This document shows positions 60,045 through 64,000 of a DNA stretch of 64,000 nucleotides, one piece after another. Each line of letters starts with the position of its first letter. Positions within the stretch are counted from its first letter, which is position 1. The translations under genes were made by a program, and so were the position numbers. Source of the stretch: Candidatus Cloacimonadales bacterium (GTDB lineage Bacteria > Cloacimonadota > Cloacimonadia > Cloacimonadales > DAONDQ01); the NCBI GenBank assembly GCA_963662275.1, contig OY759316.1, positions 768,001 to 832,000 of the forward strand. The letters are read 5' to 3'. The notes under the pieces are model-generated. The model was not told the origin of the DNA. It saw nothing but the letters and a program-made list of their open reading frames with translations, and searched no databases.

Positions 60045-61185
60045 CTTCCTTCTCCTCTATATCTTTTGAAATATGTTCTTTTTCTGTAAAGCAAGACGCC
60101 GTTCTTGCTATATCGCTTTTTTCACTATGTTCCTTTGCTGTGGAGCAAGATTCCGATCTTGCTGTATCGTTTTTTTCACGATGTTCCTTTGCTGTGGAGC
60201 AAGATTCCGATCTTGCTGTATCGTTTTTTTCACGATATTCCTTTGCTGTGGAGCAAGACGCCGTTCTTGCTGAATCGTTTTTTTCACTATGTTCTCTTGC
60301 TCGTGGATGTGCTTTATGATAAGCTTTCTGCACATCTTCCAGGGTTACATGTGTATAGATTTCAGTCGTGGATAACTGCTCATGCCCCAGCATTTCCTGG
60401 ATAGCACGCAGGTCAGCACCATTTTTTAATAGGTGCGTAGCGAATGTGTGTCTCAGTACATGTGGAGAATATCCTTTCTCCTGTGCCACAGCATATAAAT
60501 ATTTCGCTAAGACACCCCATATTTCCTTCTGGTTAAATGCCTTTCCGCTCTTCGTGAGAAACAAAGTATCGCCGCTATCCTCTGAAACATGCTTAGGTCG
60601 ATATTGCAGATATTTTTGAATTGCCAGTATAGCTTTTTTACCAACAGGTACCACTCTTTCCTTATTTCTTTTTCCATGAACGAGAAGAACCCTTTTATGC
60701 ATATCCAACTGCGAAAGACGTGTCGTTGCTATTTCACTGGCTCGAAGACCGGAAGAATAGATCAATTCAAGGATTGCCCTATTCCGAACACCATAAATGT
60801 TATCCGAATCAGGTAATTCAACTAATAACGCTGCATCCTCTTCATTAAAGAACTTTGGCAGTTTCTTTTCATATTTTGGCAAGGACATCTTATCAACAGG
60901 ATTTTTTTCACAGAGATGAGTTCTTTGGCAAAATTTAAAGAACATATTGATAGCAATCAATTTTCTTACTAAAGTTCGGTTTGTATCTCCTTCTTCGTTC
61001 CGGTTCCTCAGGAAATCACGTATTTGAAGTGGGATAATTTGGGTAAACTGTACGATTTCATCAGGAAAAAAGGGGCGAAGGAAATGCTCCAACTGATGTA
61101 AGTCCTTTTCATAGGCTATGATTGTGTGGGATGATTTTCCTTCCACTTTCAGATATTGGCAGAAGTCTTTAATAGTTTGCTGCAT
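60034..61185 (-). CDS. xerC: Tyrosine recombinase XerC-like with C-terminal 18-aa repeat extension
   Basis: GLRASE, HGKRNKER, HVLRHTFATH, LGH, TEIYTHV, YHKAHPRA; start ATG 61185. Confidence 0.85.
   Translation of the reverse strand: MQQTIKDFCQYLKVEGKSSHTIIAYEKDLHQLEHFLRPFFPDEIVQFTQIIPLQIRDFLRNRNEEGDTNRTLVRKLIAINMFFKFCQRTHLCEKNPVDKMSLPKYEKKLPKFFNEEDAALLVELPDSDNIYGVRNRAILELIYSSGLRASEIATTRLSQLDMHKRVLLVHGKRNKERVVPVGKKAILAIQKYLQYRPKHVSEDSGDTLFLTKSGKAFNQKEIWGVLAKYLYAVAQEKGYSPHVLRHTFATHLLKNGADLRAIQEMLGHEQLSTTEIYTHVTLEDVQKAYHKAHPRAREHSEKNDSARTASCSTAKEYREKNDTARSESCSTAKEHREKNDTARSESCSTAKEHSEKSDIARTASCFTEKEHISKDIEEKEDET
60073..60296. repeat. 54-bp tandem repeat x4 carrying REP-like hairpin GGAGCAAGA-N6-TCTTGCT, inside xerC
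   Basis: GCAAGA at 60091, 60145, 60199, 60253. Confidence 0.92.
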
Positions 61186-61190
61186 GTAAG

Positions 61191-61439
61191 TTACACAATT
61201 CCAAAACCGATAACTAGTCGGCAAAAACCCACGACAATTGCTATTGTGCAAAAAACGATACCGATTGCAGCCAATCCCTTATTCCGATCACCACGGTCAA
61301 TATAGCCTACGATACCGATAACGAGACCAATGACTGAGAACGGAATATTGATCCAATTCCAGGAACCAAGACAGGGAATTAAGCCAAACAGGAAACCGCT
61401 GATGGCAAAGAATCCCCAGATAAAACTCAAAATTCGCAT
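61191..61439 (-). CDS. Small membrane protein
   Basis: Hydrophobic 82 aa; GLIPCLGSWNWINIP; AGGGG RBS. Confidence 0.75.
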   Translation of the reverse strand: MRILSFIWGFFAISGFLFGLIPCLGSWNWINIPFSVIGLVIGIVGYIDRGDRNKGLAAIGIVFCTIAIVVGFCRLVIGFGIV

Positions 61440-61599
61440 ATCTACCCCTTAATTTGGATATTCTCCAAAAATGGAAATGAATGTCAATGGATATTTATGT
61501 TTGCATTTAACAAATAAATTAAAATGCAGCCTGATGTATCCCTCTTTCCCCGCTCTCCGCGCTTTTCTGGTCATTAGAGCCACAAAGACCCACTTAATT

Positions 61600-61723
61600 T
61601 ATACCAGTTTCAATCCTGTTTCAATCCTGTTTGATACCAGTTTCATTCCTGTTTCGTCAAACAGGAAAGAGATTGGTATGGAATTGGTATGAACTTGGAT
61701 TTAACTTGGATTGAACTTGGTAT
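61600..61723. repeat. Degenerate 11-bp-period repeats in two inverted tracts
   Basis: ATACCAGTTTC/AATCCTGTTTC units, then ATTGGTATGGA/ACTTGGATTTA units. Confidence 0.6.
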
Positions 61724-61968
61724 AATCTAAGTGGATTCCGATCTTATGGAAGATGATTAAATCTGGAGCGCCTTATTCTTTAAGGCGGATATGTCGCATT
61801 CCTTGCGACGCAAACCTACATTGAAACGAGAACTAACTTTCTTGAATATAAAGTGCAAGTATCTATTGACAGGCAATCTACATCGTGCAATAAATACTAT
61901 GATTCTTATGTGAGAAATAAAGAAAAGTATTTATAATATTTATAACGCTTTGATTTATAGGGGGCAAA

Positions 61969-63420
61969 ATGAAACGCTTGCTGCTTTTACACATACTACT
62001 TTTCGCAATTGGTTTTTTGTATGCGCAGGATAGCACGTTTGTATCCCAATATGAACTGACTGGATATCCCTGGGATGATAACTATATAAACGGGTTGAAA
62101 GCTGGAAATGTAATCATAAAATATGATGGTGGTTTTGCTTTGCAGACAACCGGAACCTTGATGTATCCAGAAAATCCATTGTCTTGGCATCAATCTCCCA
62201 TTTTCAATTTTGATAGAGAAGGTAATTTTCAGAATGTTGTTCATGGTCCAATCACAGAAGAAGGAGCAATTGTTGATGGTGACTTTTCATCCGTGATCCA
62301 GGACAGACATGGAGGATATCTTGCACTTGCTTCTTATTACCCTTTTATTAACTCTTTAGACAGTTTATTTCAGTTTCGTGATTTAGTACGAATCTACACA
62401 CTTGATTCTCTGGAAATAGAACCCTTTGAATTATATGAGGATACTGATGGATATATCATCACCGGATATCAACTGCATAAAATTGTATGTGCTAAGTGTG
62501 ACTATAATAACCAGTTCTTATGGAGTTACAGCTATTACGAACACGGTACGAATGTTGATTGTCCGAGAATGACAATAACTTCTGATGGAGGTTATCTTTT
62601 TTGGGGGCGGAACGGTGAACAATTAGAATTTATGAAGATATCCCAGTCAGGTGATTCACTATGGACTAATTACATTGCATATTCAACATTTGATTCCCTT
62701 CCTTGTGATTTGATTGAAACCAATGATTATTATTATTTTGCATATCCTTTTGCAGACTATGTAAATCATCAGCTTATGCTCCAAATACGTAGATTTCAAA
62801 TGGATTCACCAGAAATGGAAATTATGTTTAGTATGCCTGTAGTTAACTATATTGGTGATTCTCAGTTAAACCCCAGATTCCTCAAACTTTCTGATGGAAA
62901 TATTATACTGACTGCTGCCCTGACTACTGGACAACTAAATAAATTCGATTCTAATATGAATTTTCTATGGGGTAGTATTGTTTTCCCAACTCAACCCATT
63001 GTTCGTCCAATGTATATGGGACTTGGGAATTACCCAACAAGAGAATTACCCAATGGAGATTTGTTAACTTGTGCATATACTGACTCATTTTGGTTATTCT
63101 TTATTCGTACAAATTCTCTCGGTCAGGTTACAGCTATTGAAGATGAAGTTCAACCAATCAGCCCAGGGAAATTCCTTTGTATATATCCTAATCCATTTTG
63201 TTCTACAATCAAAATATCCGCTAAAAGAAAAATACCTGCAAATTCAGAAGTAAAGATTTTCAACATCAAAGGACAAAAGGTTCATACTTTAAAGATAGAA
63301 GATGAGAAAATTGAATGGAAACCAACTCATCTAGCTTCAGGTATTTACTTTTTTGTTTTAAATGTCGAAGGAAAACGAATTGAGACACACAAAACAATTT
63401 ATCTGAAAGGGGAAAAGTAA
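61969..63420 (+). CDS. Secreted protein with T9SS-type C-terminal sorting domain
   Basis: Signal peptide; propeller-like repeats (TSDGGYL, GDSLWT); IYPNPF...IFNIKGQKV...SGIYF. Confidence 0.85.
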   Translation: MKRLLLLHILLFAIGFLYAQDSTFVSQYELTGYPWDDNYINGLKAGNVIIKYDGGFALQTTGTLMYPENPLSWHQSPIFNFDREGNFQNVVHGPITEEGAIVDGDFSSVIQDRHGGYLALASYYPFINSLDSLFQFRDLVRIYTLDSLEIEPFELYEDTDGYIITGYQLHKIVCAKCDYNNQFLWSYSYYEHGTNVDCPRMTITSDGGYLFWGRNGEQLEFMKISQSGDSLWTNYIAYSTFDSLPCDLIETNDYYYFAYPFADYVNHQLMLQIRRFQMDSPEMEIMFSMPVVNYIGDSQLNPRFLKLSDGNIILTAALTTGQLNKFDSNMNFLWGSIVFPTQPIVRPMYMGLGNYPTRELPNGDLLTCAYTDSFWLFFIRTNSLGQVTAIEDEVQPISPGKFLCIYPNPFCSTIKISAKRKIPANSEVKIFNIKGQKVHTLKIEDEKIEWKPTHLASGIYFFVLNVEGKRIETHKTIYLKGEK

Positions 63421-63693
63421 TTAAGAAGCGTATAGCGTACAGGGAACAGCGTACAGGGAATAGGAGAAGCTGAGGTGTACAGCATTCCGGTCAATGAGCG
63501 TAGTCGAAATGTCGGTGAAGAGTTTGCATTTATACGAAGTATAATGGAACACATTATGCATGATATAAATGTTATTGAAAGTGCAAGTATCTGTCGAAGT
63601 GCAATCCGCAACTGAGCAATAAATGTTCAGTTTATTTTAGAATGATTAAGACTATAGATGAGAGATTGTGCTTTGATAAGATTGGGGGCTGAT

Positions 63694-64000
63694 ATGATAC
63701 GATACCTGATACTAATCTCACTGCTTTTCACTATTGGATTTGTGTTTGCGCAAGATAGCACCTTTGTATCCAAATATACAATTGAAGGTGATCCATGGGA
63801 TTTTTATTGTGGAAATGATGTTGCGGCATCTAATGTAATTGTAAAATACGATGGTAAATTTGCATTACAATCTTTAGCCATAAATATGACCCCTCCTCCC
63901 GAAGAGTGGATTACCTTTCAATCCCCAATATTCAATGTAAATAATGATGGTACATATGAAGATTATGTTCTGGGTCCGATGGTTGAAATGCAATTGATTA
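63694..64000 (+). CDS. Paralog of 61969-63420, 3' truncated by window
   Basis: Manual translation MIRYLILISLLFTIGFVFAQDSTFVSKYTIEGDPWD...NVIVKYDGKFALQ...QSPIFN aligns with the neighbour's N-terminus. Confidence 0.85.
   Translation, partial: MIRYLILISLLFTIGFVFAQDSTFVSKYTIEGDPWDFYCGNDVAASNVIVKYDGKFALQSLAINMTPPPEEWITFQSPIFNVNNDGTYEDYVLGPMVEMQLI

Noticed and set aside
60073..60404. Alternative-frame ORFs over the xerC tail
   Set aside because: By-products of the 54-bp repeat.
60034..61185. Prophage/integron integrase
   Set aside because: XerC-type ending (HPRA), housekeeping context, no IntI patch, att sites or phage genes recognised.

Overview
AT-rich bacterial chromosomal window. The gene content (C25/gingipain-like protein, PorV-like barrel, several FlgD-Ig/T9SS-type C-terminal sorting domains, archaeal-type ProS tail) suggests an FCB-related lineage, probably Cloacimonadota; this is inference only. 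1-20.8 kb is a + strand housekeeping run (proS end, cinA, purD, porU/porV-like pair, wza-like/wzc, ispE-prs-rplY-pth, rpsF-ssb-rpsR-DUF2232-rplI, dciA-like, rpe, ffh). It is followed by two GT4 genes, a B12 radical SAM gene, lon, topA and secA. 35.8-46.6 kb is an accessory hotspot: a 697-bp duplication built from palindromic repeats with a Y1-transposase remnant, an APH(3')-like kinase, an intact REP-associated tyrosine transposase (RAYT) flanked by oppositely oriented tandem hairpin arrays, a large secreted protein, and a complete IS with TIRs, an 8-bp TSD and a 5' frameshift. The right part holds a degenerate TPR-sigma54 activator, an MBOAT pair, rlmD, a CCA enzyme, pfk, xerC and tandem secreted paralogs. 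The most striking theme is REP-like hairpins amplified into tandem arrays; two arrays lie in frame inside genes (xerC and a lipoprotein) and create new peptide repeats. Three genes also seem to need non-canonical start codons. No rRNA, tRNA or CRISPR array was recognised.
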